64,000 bases of DNA from a bacterium (GTDB lineage: Bacteria > Hinthialibacterota > Hinthialibacteria > Hinthialibacterales > Hinthialibacteraceae): contig CAXXMV010000001.1 in the NCBI GenBank assembly GCA_963662285.2, positions 704,001 to 768,000 on the forward strand, given 5' to 3'. The position numbers and the translations under genes were made by a program. Positions 7,254-18,234 of this stretch are shown one piece after another. A model generated the notes under the pieces. The model was not told where the DNA came from, ran no database searches, and saw only the letters and a program-made list of their open reading frames with translations. The stretch's first letter is position 1. Every line of letters begins with the position of its first letter.

Positions 7254-9758
7254 ATGGCAACGCGAAAACCCAAAAAAAAGAAGAGTTCCAGCCCAAAAGC
7301 CTTCTGGTTTTGGAGGGTATCGGAGACTGTACATAAAATGAGCAATCAAACCCAGGACGCTGTCCATGAGGCATGGCAGAATCTTGAGGAAGAGCGCAAG
7401 CGGGAAATAATGTCGATTCCGCTGATCGCTTTTTCTCTTATTTGCTTTTTAGCCCTTTTTTCATATTCGACTTCAGATTTATTAACCTATTCGTCTGCGG
7501 ATGGGCAGGCGCAGCAGATTCATAACTGGATCGGCAAGCCGGGAGCATTTCTGTCGCATTGGATAATATCCCTGTTCGGCGCCTCTGGTTATTGCATCCC
7601 TGCTTTATTGATTTTGTGGGGCATAGATAGAATTCGCCAAGGCGCCAAGTCTCCTATCCGCAAAATCAGGATTATAGGCTGTGTAAGTTTATTAATCAGC
7701 GGATCAAGTTTGATGGGCCTGTTGACGGAGATGTTAAATTCATCTGTCGGGGGAGAGCGTATTTTTAATGTATGCGGCGCTATCGGATTTTTTCTGAGCC
7801 GTCGTTTGTTGGAATTTGGCAACGCCGGCGCTTTGATCACTAATATTACGCTGCTGGCAATATCCACGCTTATCTGTACGCCATTTTTATTCACTAATTT
7901 TTTCAAACGGATATCGGAATTTCTATTCTCATCGCGAAAAAATGATGAAGATATGGACCTTTGGGAAGGCGATGACGATGAAACGGAGGATCCATTCTGG
8001 GAACCAATCGTACCAGGTTTGAAATGTGATCAATACCGTTTAAAACCGTTGCGTGAAGTTGATGAAAGCAGGGCCTATCCTCCCGCCATAACTACCCATA
8101 AAAACGATTGGGAGTTCGAACCGTTTGAAGATGATGATGGCGGCCTGCCTCCGCTTGATGTCAGTAATATAATAGAAGTTGAACTGCCCGATGCGGAGAT
8201 CAGTGAACTGAATGATATTAGTGAACCAAAGATCGTAACTCAGGAAGCAGAGACATCGCGAGAGATCGATTTGGGAGTTAACCTGGTTTCAACTCCAAGC
8301 CATATTGATTATCAGATTCCCCCCATCACTTTATTGGAAAAACCTGTACAAACGCGTCCGGAAGTTGCGCGTGAGGAGATTATTTACAACTCCAAGATGC
8401 TGGAGCAAACCCTGAGTGATTTCAATATTCCCGTCAAAGTGGTCGAAGTCAATTATGGTCCGACTATTACCTGTTATGAGTTAGAACCGGCGCCGGGTAT
8501 TAAGATCAGCCGCATCGAGAATTTAGCCAATGATATTACCCGTTCGTTGAAAGCCGAAAATGTGCGCATCGTGGCGCCTATTCCTGGCAAGGGAACGGTG
8601 GGCGTAGAGGTTCCGAACCAGCATCGTTCGGATGTTTTACTGCGGGAAATGATCGCCTGCGAAAAGTATCATAATAAAAAATCCAAATTAAAAATCGGCT
8701 TGGGCAAGAAAATAAGCGGCGAGCCTTTTGTATTTGATCTGATAACAGCGCCGCATATTCTGGTAGCGGGAGCGACCGGATCAGGAAAATCGGTTTGCAT
8801 CAACACCATAATTACCTCCATACTCTATAATGCGGCGCCTCATGAAGTAAAACTGCTAATGATCGATCCCAAGCAGGTCGAACTGGCGGTATACAAAGAT
8901 ATCCCTCATCTTTTATCGCCAGTGGTGACTGATCCAATGAAAGCGGGCGCCGCGTTGCGCTGGGCGGTGGAAGAGATGGAACAGCGCTACCGTTATTTGA
9001 AAAAAGCAGGAGTCAGGAATCTGGTAGAGTTTAACAAGAAACGAATGTCGCAACAGAACGGAGAAAAAGAGGAGACTGCATCTTCTCTGATTCTGCCTGG
9101 CTTTCTACCTTATATTGTGATCATTATTGACGAACTGGCCGATTTGATGATGGTTGCCAGAGTAGATGTAGAAGCATCCATATCACGGCTGGCGGCTATG
9201 GCGCGCGCGGTCGGGATACATCTGGTGCTGGCTACGCAACGGCCTTCGGTGGATGTTCTGACTGGCGTTATAAAGAATAATTTCCCTTCGCGCATTGCGT
9301 TTCAAGTTTCTTCAGTAGCCGATTCGCGGACTATTCTGGATATGAAAGGCGCGGATACGCTAATGGGTCGCGGCGATATGCTGTTTACTCCCGGAGGCGC
9401 CGGAAAGCCGATACGCTTGCAATGTTCTTACATCTCCACTGAAGAATGCGAAGAAGTAACTGATTTCGTCAAACAACAGCAGAAAGTGGAATATGTACAG
9501 GAAGAGTTCATTCCGCTTGACAGCGGCGCGGGAGGTTCATCCAGCAGTGATGGAGGTTCCGCCGACGATGAACTTTATGATCAGGCCATATCATGCGTCT
9601 TGGATAATGATGCAGCCTCAACCTCACTGCTGCAACGCAGACTTAAGATAGGTTATGGACGCGCAGCGCGTCTGCTTGACCTGATGGAAGATAATGGCAT
9701 TGTGGGTCCGCCGCGAGGCAGCAAACCCCGTGAGATTGTATTGAATAAGATTAATTAG
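7254..9758 (+). CDS. ftsK: DNA translocase FtsK/SpoIIIE
   Basis: N-terminal TM domain, Walker A GATGSGKS, IIIDELADLMM, LATQRPS, gamma domain (STSLLQRRLKIGYGRAARL); ATG 7254 follows GAGGA. Confidence 0.97.
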   Translation: MATRKPKKKKSSSPKAFWFWRVSETVHKMSNQTQDAVHEAWQNLEEERKREIMSIPLIAFSLICFLALFSYSTSDLLTYSSADGQAQQIHNWIGKPGAFLSHWIISLFGASGYCIPALLILWGIDRIRQGAKSPIRKIRIIGCVSLLISGSSLMGLLTEMLNSSVGGERIFNVCGAIGFFLSRRLLEFGNAGALITNITLLAISTLICTPFLFTNFFKRISEFLFSSRKNDEDMDLWEGDDDETEDPFWEPIVPGLKCDQYRLKPLREVDESRAYPPAITTHKNDWEFEPFEDDDGGLPPLDVSNIIEVELPDAEISELNDISEPKIVTQEAETSREIDLGVNLVSTPSHIDYQIPPITLLEKPVQTRPEVAREEIIYNSKMLEQTLSDFNIPVKVVEVNYGPTITCYELEPAPGIKISRIENLANDITRSLKAENVRIVAPIPGKGTVGVEVPNQHRSDVLLREMIACEKYHNKKSKLKIGLGKKISGEPFVFDLITAPHILVAGATGSGKSVCINTIITSILYNAAPHEVKLLMIDPKQVELAVYKDIPHLLSPVVTDPMKAGAALRWAVEEMEQRYRYLKKAGVRNLVEFNKKRMSQQNGEKEETASSLILPGFLPYIVIIIDELADLMMVARVDVEASISRLAAMARAVGIHLVLATQRPSVDVLTGVIKNNFPSRIAFQVSSVADSRTILDMKGADTLMGRGDMLFTPGGAGKPIRLQCSYISTEECEEVTDFVKQQQKVEYVQEEFIPLDSGAGGSSSSDGGSADDELYDQAISCVLDNDAASTSLLQRRLKIGYGRAARLLDLMEDNGIVGPPRGSKPREIVLNKIN

Positions 9759-9774
9759 AGTGATTCGGTTCTGT

Positions 9775-9823
9775 TTTTTGTCTGAATCTGGATAACCAGG
9801 ATTTATAGTATGCTCAGGATTTT
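9775..9823 (+). repeat. Dispersed repeat family E (TTTTTGTCTGAATC-GGAT...CAGGATTTT)
   Basis: Second copy at 30351-30398; both lie just after a stop codon. Confidence 0.65.
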
Positions 9824-9844
9824 ATATTCCTGAGCATCTTTTTT
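9810..9844 (+). terminator. Intrinsic terminator after ftsK
   Basis: ATGCTCAGGA-loop-TCCTGAGCAT followed by CTTTTTT. Confidence 0.75.
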
Positions 9845-10003
9845 ATTTCCCGGTGTTTTCTTTACGGAATGATGCCGCAACCATCCAGGATCCAATCCAT
9901 TAATCCATACAAAAACAATAGCTTATCTGGTGTTTTATCGATTTATAAGTAGAATATAAGTGTTAGGTTCACCTTGTTCTATCGGGTAGTGTTTCTTATT
10001 TCG

Positions 10004-10038
10004 CCCTCACCCTAGCCCTCTCCCGGAGTGAGAGGGGA
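10004..10038 (+). repeat. REP-like palindrome, family B (CCCTCACCCTAGCCCTCTCCC...GAGAGGG), uninterrupted copy
   Basis: Matches the interrupted copy at 42672-43040. Confidence 0.85.
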
Positions 10039-10167
10039 CTTTGGGCGCCCGACATTTTTATCGGTACAGTCATTTTTATTTGTACAAAATTTTAGAATCA
10101 TATTGGTAGTTGCTCTAATAGGATCAATCCGGGGGGGGAATTAACTTTATTCATTATCGAGGCTTCC

Positions 10168-10959
10168 ATGGACCACTTGGCTGGTTATGACAATCGATTT
10201 ATTGCCGGGACTTATGATTATGTTGTTCCATATCAAAATAGAAAAGACGTTGATTTTTTTGTGGATATGGCGAAAGAAGCCAATGGAGAGGTTCTTGAGT
10301 TGGGCTGCGGCACCGGGCGGATTTTGATTCCAACCGCGCGGTCGGATGTTCATATTACTGGTCTTGATTCATCTGCTGAAATGTTAGAGGTATGCCGTAG
10401 CACGCTTGAGAAAACATTACCCAATATTCAGAACAAGGTTAATTTGATAGAAGCGGACATGCGTGATTTCAGTATTGATCAAAAGTTTGCTCTGATTACT
10501 ATTCCCTTCAGGACTTTTCATCATTTGATAGAAAGCAAAGATCAGATTGCCTGTTTATCATGCGTTTATAACCACTTGCTTGATGGAGGAAAACTTATCA
10601 TTGATCTGTTTAATCCGTCGCTGCCTTATATCTATGACAAGCGATTCCGCAAAAACAAGGAAGAAGAACCGACCTTTATTCTACCAGATGGCCGGAAAAT
10701 GCTGCGCCGCAGCCGATTGGTTAAGAGCGATCTGGTAAACCAAGTAGTTAAAATTGAATTTATTTATGAATGGAAAAGCAAAAAGGGTAAAGTTAAGCAG
10801 CGCTCCCACCAATTTCTTATGCGTTATTTGTTCCGCTATGAAGTGGAGCATCTATTAGCGCGCACAGGCTTTTCTATGGAAACGGTTTATGCGGATTACA
10901 AGAAAGCGCCTTTCGGGTCAGAATATCCTGGTGAATTAATCGTAATTGCCAGAAAATAA
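10168..10959 (+). CDS. Class I SAM-dependent methyltransferase
   Basis: VLELGCGTGR motif I, GLDSS, EADMRDF. Confidence 0.92.
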   Translation: MDHLAGYDNRFIAGTYDYVVPYQNRKDVDFFVDMAKEANGEVLELGCGTGRILIPTARSDVHITGLDSSAEMLEVCRSTLEKTLPNIQNKVNLIEADMRDFSIDQKFALITIPFRTFHHLIESKDQIACLSCVYNHLLDGGKLIIDLFNPSLPYIYDKRFRKNKEEEPTFILPDGRKMLRRSRLVKSDLVNQVVKIEFIYEWKSKKGKVKQRSHQFLMRYLFRYEVEHLLARTGFSMETVYADYKKAPFGSEYPGELIVIARK

Positions 10960-11042
10960 TATTGATAAAAAATCGAAATAATTTAGAGAGTCAAGCAGCG
11001 CTCTGCCAGAGTGATTTGTCCTGCCATTGAGAAGCGAAATTC

Positions 11043-12980
11043 ATGATTCAAATTATCGAGGGAACATTACAATTCGGCGCACGCACCATATTTTCCAATA
11101 TATCGTGGCGTATAGATTCAGGCAAACGCATAGGTCTGGTCGGTCCCAACGGAGCAGGCAAAACCACGCTTTTACGGGCGCTGACAGGTGAATATTCGCT
11201 GGATGAAGGCGTCGTCGAATCTTCTAAAGATTTAAGCATTGGATACCTGCCTCAAGACAGTCCGGAATTACCCAAACAGCTGGTGCGTGAAATTCTTTGG
11301 CAAGCTCATGAACCTTTGAATCGGATGGAACGTAAGATGGAGTTGCTGCTGGAGAAGGTGCATTCCACAGATAGTGATTCTGCTGAACACGAAAAAGCGC
11401 TGCATCAATACAGCGATATGCAGGAAGAATTTCAAAACCGAGGTGGATATCAAAGAGAGTCGGATGCGCTCAAAGTTCTGTTGGGTCTGGGATTCAAGCA
11501 TGAAGATTGGGAGCGCCCCGCAGCCGAGTTCAGCGGCGGCTGGCGCATGCGGCTGATTCTGGCCAAACTTATTTTACAGAAGCCGGATATTCTACTGTTG
11601 GATGAACCGACTAACCACCTTGATCCACCCTCGCTGGCCTGGTTTGAACAGTATTTGATGTCGAGCGGAACAGGCATGGCTATGGTGAGCCATGACCGTT
11701 ATTTTCTAGACCGCACGGTGGAAGAGATTGCCGAGATAGAACAAGGCCGTTTTACGATATTTAAGGGCAATTACTCAGATTACAAACGACAAAAAGCCGC
11801 CCTGCGCGAGCAACTGCTGGCTCAACAACGCAACCAGGATAAAGAGATTGCCCATCTGCAATCCTTCGTTGACCGTTTTCGCGCCAAGAACACCAAGGCG
11901 ACCCAGGCGCAGTCGCGTATGAAACGTCTGGAAAAGATCGACCGGGTGGAACTGGCTTCAGAAGGGCCTACTATCTCCATCCCCATGCCGGAGACTCCCC
12001 GCAGCGGCAAAGAAGTATTGATAATGGAAAATCTGGGACATTGCTATGGCGAAGTCCGCGCCTTGCATTCGTTTACCGCCACCATTTATCGAGGCGAGCA
12101 TATCGCGGTGTGGGGATCAAACGGCGCTGGCAAAAGTACGCTGCTGTCGTTGATGGCGCAGGTCTTCGAGCCAAGCGAAGGCAGCGTCAAATGGGGTCAC
12201 AATACTCATATCGCCTATTTTTCTCAGCATCAGGCGGAGCTGCAACAATCGAATAAAACGGTTCTGGATGAACTGGCCGCCGTAGCGCCCATTGAAATGC
12301 AAGGGCGGTTGCGCGATATTCTGGCGCCTTTTTTATTCAGAGGAGACGATGTCTTCAAATCGGTGTCGGTGCTTAGCGGAGGCGAAAAGAGCCGGTTGGC
12401 TTTAGCCAAACTGCTGGCGCGTCCGGTTAATGTTCTGATAATGGATGAACCGCTCAACCACCTTGACCTAAACACAGTAGAAACTCTGGAAGAGACCTTA
12501 CGTAAGTTTACCGGCACTTTGATTTTTGTGTCGCACGACCGCTATTTCGCAGACCGCCTGGCCTCTTATGTATGGGAATTAAAAGAGGGGACAGTCGAAA
12601 GGTTTCCCGGAACTTTTCAGCAATTTGATTATGCCAAACAATTAAGAGAAGAGGCTGGGAAAAATTCTAAACAGGAAGATATAAAGGTTGATGCGCCACA
12701 GGAATCGCGCAAGGAACAAAAAAGACGCGAAGCCGAAGAACGAAACCGCAGCAACGCCGAAAAGCGTCAGAAAGAAAAAAAGTGCAAAGAGATCGAAAAG
12801 AATATTCATGAGACTGAAGAAGAGATCGACGAGTTGGAAAAACTTTTGGCGTCCGGTCAGTTAATCAAGAATCCAACCGAGATGACCAAGACCAGTAAGC
12901 GCTATAAAACTCTTCTTAAAATGAAAGACAAACTATATGCGCAGTGGGAGAAGGAGATTGAGAAGTTGGAAGTGGAATGA
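11043..12980 (+). CDS. ABC-F family ATP-binding protein (YheS/Uup-like)
   Basis: Two NBDs (GPNGAGKT, FSGGW, LLLDEPTNHLD; GSNGAGKS, LSGGEK), no TM segments, C-terminal coiled coil. Confidence 0.95.
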   Translation: MIQIIEGTLQFGARTIFSNISWRIDSGKRIGLVGPNGAGKTTLLRALTGEYSLDEGVVESSKDLSIGYLPQDSPELPKQLVREILWQAHEPLNRMERKMELLLEKVHSTDSDSAEHEKALHQYSDMQEEFQNRGGYQRESDALKVLLGLGFKHEDWERPAAEFSGGWRMRLILAKLILQKPDILLLDEPTNHLDPPSLAWFEQYLMSSGTGMAMVSHDRYFLDRTVEEIAEIEQGRFTIFKGNYSDYKRQKAALREQLLAQQRNQDKEIAHLQSFVDRFRAKNTKATQAQSRMKRLEKIDRVELASEGPTISIPMPETPRSGKEVLIMENLGHCYGEVRALHSFTATIYRGEHIAVWGSNGAGKSTLLSLMAQVFEPSEGSVKWGHNTHIAYFSQHQAELQQSNKTVLDELAAVAPIEMQGRLRDILAPFLFRGDDVFKSVSVLSGGEKSRLALAKLLARPVNVLIMDEPLNHLDLNTVETLEETLRKFTGTLIFVSHDRYFADRLASYVWELKEGTVERFPGTFQQFDYAKQLREEAGKNSKQEDIKVDAPQESRKEQKRREAEERNRSNAEKRQKEKKCKEIEKNIHETEEEIDELEKLLASGQLIKNPTEMTKTSKRYKTLLKMKDKLYAQWEKEIEKLEVE

Positions 12981-13002
12981 TTAATTTGGTATAATATCTG
13001 CT

Positions 13003-13104
13003 GTAGGGGCGCCTTTCATGGGCGCCCGATTTGTCGGCCGGCCTGTGGAATTAGAAACACAAAAGGAGATTCGTAATCGGGTAACCACAAGGGATTACCC
13101 CTAC
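13003..13104. repeat. Inverted doublet of GTAGGGG-type REP palindromes (family D)
   Basis: GTAGGGGCGCC..GGCGCCC (13003-13027) and GGGTAACC..ATTACCCCTAC (13079-13104), with GTAG at the outer ends. Confidence 0.75.
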
Positions 13105-13129
13105 GGTTATCCTAGACAAGGAGAATGAT

Positions 13130-14086
13130 ATGCCTATTTCATTGTTAAAAAAACAAACGATATCACGACGCAGTTTTTTGGCCAGCGGGGTTGTAATGGG
13201 GGCAGTTGCTGCGGCGCCATCATTGGCCTCTGTTAAACAAACCAAGCCGTCGGTTATTTGTTTCTCCAAGCATCTTCAGTTTTCGCGCAGTTATGATGAA
13301 CTGGCCGACATGCTGGCAGAATTGGGATACGATGGCGCTGACCTGACAGTTCGACCAAAGGGGCATGTACTGCCGGAGAATGTGGAACGCGACCTTCCCA
13401 AAGCGGTGGAGGCGATCCGTAAAGTGGGTCTGGATGTGCAGATGATTACATCCGATATTTCCGACCCGGACGACAAACTTACTAAGCCCGTATTGGAAAC
13501 TGCATCAGCACTTAAGATTCCCTACTACCGCATCGGTTCATGGCGCTACAAAAGAGACCGCCCCATCATAGAGCAGTTGAATGAATACAAGCCCCGGCTC
13601 AAAGAACTGGCCGCTATGAATAAGTATTACAATATGATAGCCGGTTATCACAACCACTCAGGCAATGGTTACATCGGCGGCTCGCTGTGGGATGTCTATG
13701 AGATGTATAAAGAGGTTGATCCTCAGTCTATCGGTTATAACTATGACGCGGCTCATGCAGTAGCCGAAGGCGGCGCCGGTTCATGGGAGACCACCTTCAG
13801 ACTGATCAATGACCGCATCTTCGGCGTTGCGGTTAAAGATTGCGCCTGGGAGAACGACGCAGAGAAAGGCTGGATACGCTCTTATCCACCAGTGGGTCAT
13901 GGTATGGTTGACTGGCCGCATGTACTGCAACTGCTGAAGGGCATTAATTACAGCGGCGTGTTCTCGATGCACTTTGAATATGAAATCCCCGGAGAAGGCG
14001 CAGAGAAAAATAAGAACGAACTTAAAGCGATTAAACGCGACCTGGATAATTTCATGGCGATGGTAAAACAAGCGGGGATGAGATAA
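13130..14086 (+). CDS. Tat-exported sugar phosphate isomerase/epimerase (xylose isomerase-like TIM barrel)
   Basis: SRRSFL Tat motif; DLTVRPKGHV, YHNHSG, YDAAHA, AVKD, MHFEY. Confidence 0.88.
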   Translation: MPISLLKKQTISRRSFLASGVVMGAVAAAPSLASVKQTKPSVICFSKHLQFSRSYDELADMLAELGYDGADLTVRPKGHVLPENVERDLPKAVEAIRKVGLDVQMITSDISDPDDKLTKPVLETASALKIPYYRIGSWRYKRDRPIIEQLNEYKPRLKELAAMNKYYNMIAGYHNHSGNGYIGGSLWDVYEMYKEVDPQSIGYNYDAAHAVAEGGAGSWETTFRLINDRIFGVAVKDCAWENDAEKGWIRSYPPVGHGMVDWPHVLQLLKGINYSGVFSMHFEYEIPGEGAEKNKNELKAIKRDLDNFMAMVKQAGMR

Positions 14087-14088
14087 CT

Positions 14089-15435
14089 ATGAAAACTCTA
14101 AATATACTTTCTATATTGGCCGTTCTCTGCTTATTACCCTTTATTACATTGAACAGCGACGCGGCGGAGAAGACTGAAGGCTTTTTCGATGTAAAAGATG
14201 TGGGAGAACCAGGCGGCGACGTTCCCCTAGTGCAACCCTGGAAGACTATTGCTCTAGACAAAGATTATGGCGGCTTATGGATTGTGTCCGGTGATGTTGA
14301 CAGCGACGGCGCTGCGGATATCGTCAGCGCGGAAAACTTCAATGAAGGCGACGTGCATTACACCAGCGCTGTGGTGGCGCAGAGACTTGATGGATCGGTT
14401 ATATGGCGCTGGGGAGACCATAAAGCAGGCCGCAAGATATGGCATCACGATGTAGCCTGTCAGATTCATGATTGGGATGGAGACGGCGCCAACGAAGTGA
14501 TTCTTTGCTCTGAAAGCCATATTGTTGAACTGGATGGAAAAACCGGGCTGGAAAAGCGCCGTTTACCCATCGAAAAAGAGGCCAGCGATTGTCTGGTCTT
14601 TTGCGACCTTTCCGGTAAAGGGCGCCCCACTGACGCGCTGGTCAAAAACCGCTATAACCAGATTTGGGCTTATAACTACAATGGCGAATTATTGTGGACC
14701 GTAAAAGATCCCGGTGGATACCGCACGGCTCACCAACCACGCCCCATTGATTTAGATGGCGACGGACGCGATGAGATCATGGCCGGTTACGCCATGTTGA
14801 ACGCCGATGGCAGAGTACGCTGGGTTTATCAATCAAAAACAGTCGATCAAAAACGCGGCCATTTGGATTGTGTGCGCGTGGTTAAACATGCGAAAAAGTT
14901 AGAAGACATGCGTCTGGCGTTAACCTGCTGCGGCGCCAATAACATTGCCATGATTGATGGCAATGGCCAGGTAATCTGGGAAAAATCGGGTCATCATTTT
15001 GAATCGATTACGGTGGGAAAGATTGATCCAAAACAAACTGGGATGCAAATACTGGTTGATATCGATCACACGCCTCTGGGACAAAGCCCCATGTGGGTGC
15101 TTAATGAAAATGGCGTGCAGTTGGGGCAGATAACCGCTGATTATTGCCGCCACCATCGCTTGATCGATTGGACGGGCGACGGATTTTGTGAAATATTCGT
15201 AGCTCATAACCGGGCGGTTTATAACTACCAGGGCCAACGCATCGCAACTTTGCAAGCGCCTAAGAATAATCCCAAGGGTGAAGACAGTCTGCTGCCCGCT
15301 GATATGGATGGCGATGGCGTTCAGGATGTTTTATTAGCCACGCCGGAAGCTGTTTATATTTATAAGAATATAGATGGCAAGCGGATGAGCGATTCGGTTC
15401 CTTTGGGAACTGGTTTGAATGTTACGCTTTACTAG
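14089..15435 (+). CDS. Secreted FG-GAP/VCBS-like beta-propeller protein (rhamnogalacturonan lyase-like)
   Basis: Signal peptide; repeated DxDGDGxDE motifs. Confidence 0.75.
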   Translation: MKTLNILSILAVLCLLPFITLNSDAAEKTEGFFDVKDVGEPGGDVPLVQPWKTIALDKDYGGLWIVSGDVDSDGAADIVSAENFNEGDVHYTSAVVAQRLDGSVIWRWGDHKAGRKIWHHDVACQIHDWDGDGANEVILCSESHIVELDGKTGLEKRRLPIEKEASDCLVFCDLSGKGRPTDALVKNRYNQIWAYNYNGELLWTVKDPGGYRTAHQPRPIDLDGDGRDEIMAGYAMLNADGRVRWVYQSKTVDQKRGHLDCVRVVKHAKKLEDMRLALTCCGANNIAMIDGNGQVIWEKSGHHFESITVGKIDPKQTGMQILVDIDHTPLGQSPMWVLNENGVQLGQITADYCRHHRLIDWTGDGFCEIFVAHNRAVYNYQGQRIATLQAPKNNPKGEDSLLPADMDGDGVQDVLLATPEAVYIYKNIDGKRMSDSVPLGTGLNVTLY

Positions 15436-15459
15436 ATAACCTGTATCGGGAGATAAGCG

Positions 15460-15858
15460 ATGAAGAAGGAAACTATCAGTATTCGCACTGGTTCACGCAC
15501 TGATTTTGTAACTATCACCCGGCAAGTGCAGGAGGCCTTAACCAGGATGGGCGCGGGCGACGGCGTTTGCACTCTGTACACGCCGCATACCACCGCCGGG
15601 ATATTTATCAACGAGGGTTACGATCCCGATGTGATGCGCGATGTGGAAGCCGCTCTGGAAAAAGCTATTCCCTGGCAAGCCGGATACAAACACAGTGAAG
15701 GCAATGCGGCGGCGCATATCAAAGCCATCCTGACTGGCAACAGCCAGCAAGTTCTGGTTGAGGCGGGACGTTTGGCGATGGGTCGATGGGAAGAGATATT
15801 CTTCGCCGAATTCGACGGTCCGCGATCCAGGAATCTGGTGGTGGCTTTTATTGAATAA
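15460..15858 (+). CDS. yjbQ: YjbQ/UPF0047 family protein
   Basis: PHTTAG..INE..DPDV, Y.H.EGNAAAHIK, EFDGPR motifs. Confidence 0.93.
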   Translation: MKKETISIRTGSRTDFVTITRQVQEALTRMGAGDGVCTLYTPHTTAGIFINEGYDPDVMRDVEAALEKAIPWQAGYKHSEGNAAAHIKAILTGNSQQVLVEAGRLAMGRWEEIFFAEFDGPRSRNLVVAFIE

Positions 15859-15966
15859 AACATGTTTCTCTACTTGAAGATATTCGATAGATAATTAAAT
15901 AGTGCTACTATCCACATTCTTGCGATATCGTTTTTTGGGGTGATAGTTTGTGGAGGATTGTTCTTT

Positions 15967-15995
15967 GGCGGGTCGATACGGCTGAACCATCCTAC
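15967..15995 (-). repeat. GTAGG(A/G)TGG-type REP palindrome (family C)
   Basis: Reverse complement GTAGGATGGTTCAGCCGTATCGACCCGCC resembles 49046-49075. Confidence 0.6.
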
Positions 15996-16027
15996 ACGAT
16001 GGTGGATTAAGATTTCAGGGTTATTTT

Positions 16028-16066
16028 TATCAACCCTCTCCTAACCTCTCCCAATCTTGGGAGAGG
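16028..16066 (+). repeat. REP-like palindrome, family B variant; 39 bp identical to 48988-49026
   Basis: TATCAACCCTCTCCTAACCTCTCCCAATCTTGGGAGAGG occurs at both loci. Confidence 0.9.
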
Positions 16067-16146
16067 AATGTTGTTTCCAAGCGTCTTTTTATAAATTCAA
16101 TGCGATATTTTTTGAATCGTTCTAGATACAGAATTGAGGGAATATT

Positions 16147-18159
16147 TTGGGATTCAAGAAAGAATTAAATCCCCAGCAATACGAAGCTGTCACCCATGAA
16201 TCAGGTCCATTGCTTATCCTGGCCGGAGCGGGCAGCGGCAAGACCCGCGTAATCGCATATCGAATCGCTTATCTGGTTCAGCGCTGCAAAATTCATCCAT
16301 CGCAAATTCTGGGCGTGACCTTTACCAATAAAGCCGCCAACGAGATGCGTGGGCGAATTACATCATTGATTGGCAAGAAATCCACGGAATTGACGCTTGG
16401 CACTTTCCATTCCCTGGGTTTACGCATCCTACGCCAGCATTGCGGAAATATCGGCTACCGGCCTAATTTCACCATCTACGGTGAAGGCGACCAACTCTCC
16501 ATTATCCGCACTCTGCTCCGGGAACACCCCCAGAAGCGTGAGAAATTCGATGTCGGTATATTGCTATCGCAAATCAGCAATCATAAAAATAATGCGGTTG
16601 ACGGTAATGCTGGTTATCCGACTTTCGGCGACAAATACGATCTGGTTTTTTCGGATATTTATGAGGGATACCAGCAGCAACTACACGCCTGCCAGGCGGT
16701 TGATTTCGACGATCTGATTCTGCTGCCCATTCAGTTATTGCAGAATCATTCTGAGGTACGCGCCGAATACCGCATTCAATATAAATATCTGTTGGTTGAT
16801 GAATATCAGGATACTAACCACGGCCAGTATAAACTGATACAGTTGCTGGCCGGGAAAGACCCGAACCTGTGCGTGGTAGGCGATGACGACCAGAGCATCT
16901 ATGGCTGGCGGGGCGCCCAGGTAGAGAATATTCTGCGCTTTGAGAAGGATTTCCCTAATGCCAAAGTAATAAAACTGGAGCAGAATTACCGATCCACTCA
17001 AGTTATTCTGGAAGCCGCGCATAATGTCATAAAAAACAACTATAAACGTCAAAGCAAGCAACTGTGGACAGCACGGGGACGCGGGCGGAATATTGATGCA
17101 TTCGTGGCTCAAGACGAAAACGATGAAGCCAAGACTATCGCCTGGCGCATCCGGACCATAAAAGAGAACGCCAACGCCCTGTGGAGCGATTTCGCGGTGC
17201 TATATCGCAGCAACCTACAGTCGCGCTCTATCGAGAGCGCTTTGCGCATCAACGAGATTCCCTATGAGGTGGTGGGAGGCTATGAGTATTTCGAGCGCAA
17301 AGAGGTTAAGGACATCGTGGCTTATTTAAGGACTATCAATAATCCCGGCGATGATCTCAGCCTGTTGCGCATCGTGAACTATCCCCGGCGGGGCATCGGC
17401 AATAGTACAATTGTGAAACTATCTGAAGAAGCCCATGCTAAAGGCGTTTCGATTCATCAAACTTTGCGCTCAGCCAGGGATGACGTTAACCTGAGTAAAC
17501 AAGCCCGTAGCGGCATCCATTCTTTTGTGGAGATGATCGATGACCTGCATGACTACCGTGAATCATGCAGCATCCCCGATCTGGTGAAGAAGACTATTGA
17601 GCATTGCGGCTATAGGGATGAGCTGATGCGCACTATCGACGATGCAACCACGGTGGGCATCAAGATTGAAATGGTGGATGAGTTGGTTTCTGCAGCTGCG
17701 GCGTTTGTAGAGCATCGCCCCAAGGGACGATTGATTGATTTCATCGACGCCATATCTCTGGGAGATGAACCTACGCAAAACAACGACAAGCGGAAGAATG
17801 ACAACTCCGTGTTGCTGGTCACGCTGCACAGCGCCAAGGGTTTGGAGTTTCCATTCGTGTTCCTGTGCGGGATGGAGGAAGACCTGCTGCCCCACTCTCG
17901 ATCAATGACGGAACTGAGCGAAGTAGATGAAGAACGGCGCTTGTGTTATGTCGGCATGACCCGCGCTCAGCGCCATTTAACCTTGAGTTTCACAAAAGTG
18001 CGTAATAAATTCGGCCGTAAATCGAACCGTAAGCCCTCGCGTTTTGTGAAAGAGATTCCCGAACATCTTCTATGCAAGCAATTCAGCCATAGCCCGTTCT
18101 TTTTCGACAAACAGAAACTACCTGATATAAAAGCAGAAGAAGAGATTTCTGAAGATTGA
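16147..18159 (+). CDS. UvrD/PcrA/Rep superfamily 1 DNA helicase
   Basis: LAGAGSGKT, TFTNKAA, LVDEYQDTN, VGDDDQSIY, LEQNYRS, TLHSAKGLEF, EERRLCYV; TTG start; no obvious C-terminal Tudor-like domain (Rep-like length). Confidence 0.96.
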   Translation: MGFKKELNPQQYEAVTHESGPLLILAGAGSGKTRVIAYRIAYLVQRCKIHPSQILGVTFTNKAANEMRGRITSLIGKKSTELTLGTFHSLGLRILRQHCGNIGYRPNFTIYGEGDQLSIIRTLLREHPQKREKFDVGILLSQISNHKNNAVDGNAGYPTFGDKYDLVFSDIYEGYQQQLHACQAVDFDDLILLPIQLLQNHSEVRAEYRIQYKYLLVDEYQDTNHGQYKLIQLLAGKDPNLCVVGDDDQSIYGWRGAQVENILRFEKDFPNAKVIKLEQNYRSTQVILEAAHNVIKNNYKRQSKQLWTARGRGRNIDAFVAQDENDEAKTIAWRIRTIKENANALWSDFAVLYRSNLQSRSIESALRINEIPYEVVGGYEYFERKEVKDIVAYLRTINNPGDDLSLLRIVNYPRRGIGNSTIVKLSEEAHAKGVSIHQTLRSARDDVNLSKQARSGIHSFVEMIDDLHDYRESCSIPDLVKKTIEHCGYRDELMRTIDDATTVGIKIEMVDELVSAAAAFVEHRPKGRLIDFIDAISLGDEPTQNNDKRKNDNSVLLVTLHSAKGLEFPFVFLCGMEEDLLPHSRSMTELSEVDEERRLCYVGMTRAQRHLTLSFTKVRNKFGRKSNRKPSRFVKEIPEHLLCKQFSHSPFFFDKQKLPDIKAEEEISED

Positions 18160-18234
18160 TCAGATTTCCGCTACTTGCTTTTCGGGCTGCTTTCCCGCAC
18201 TATATTTATTGGATTGTATTCATAGGTTATTCTT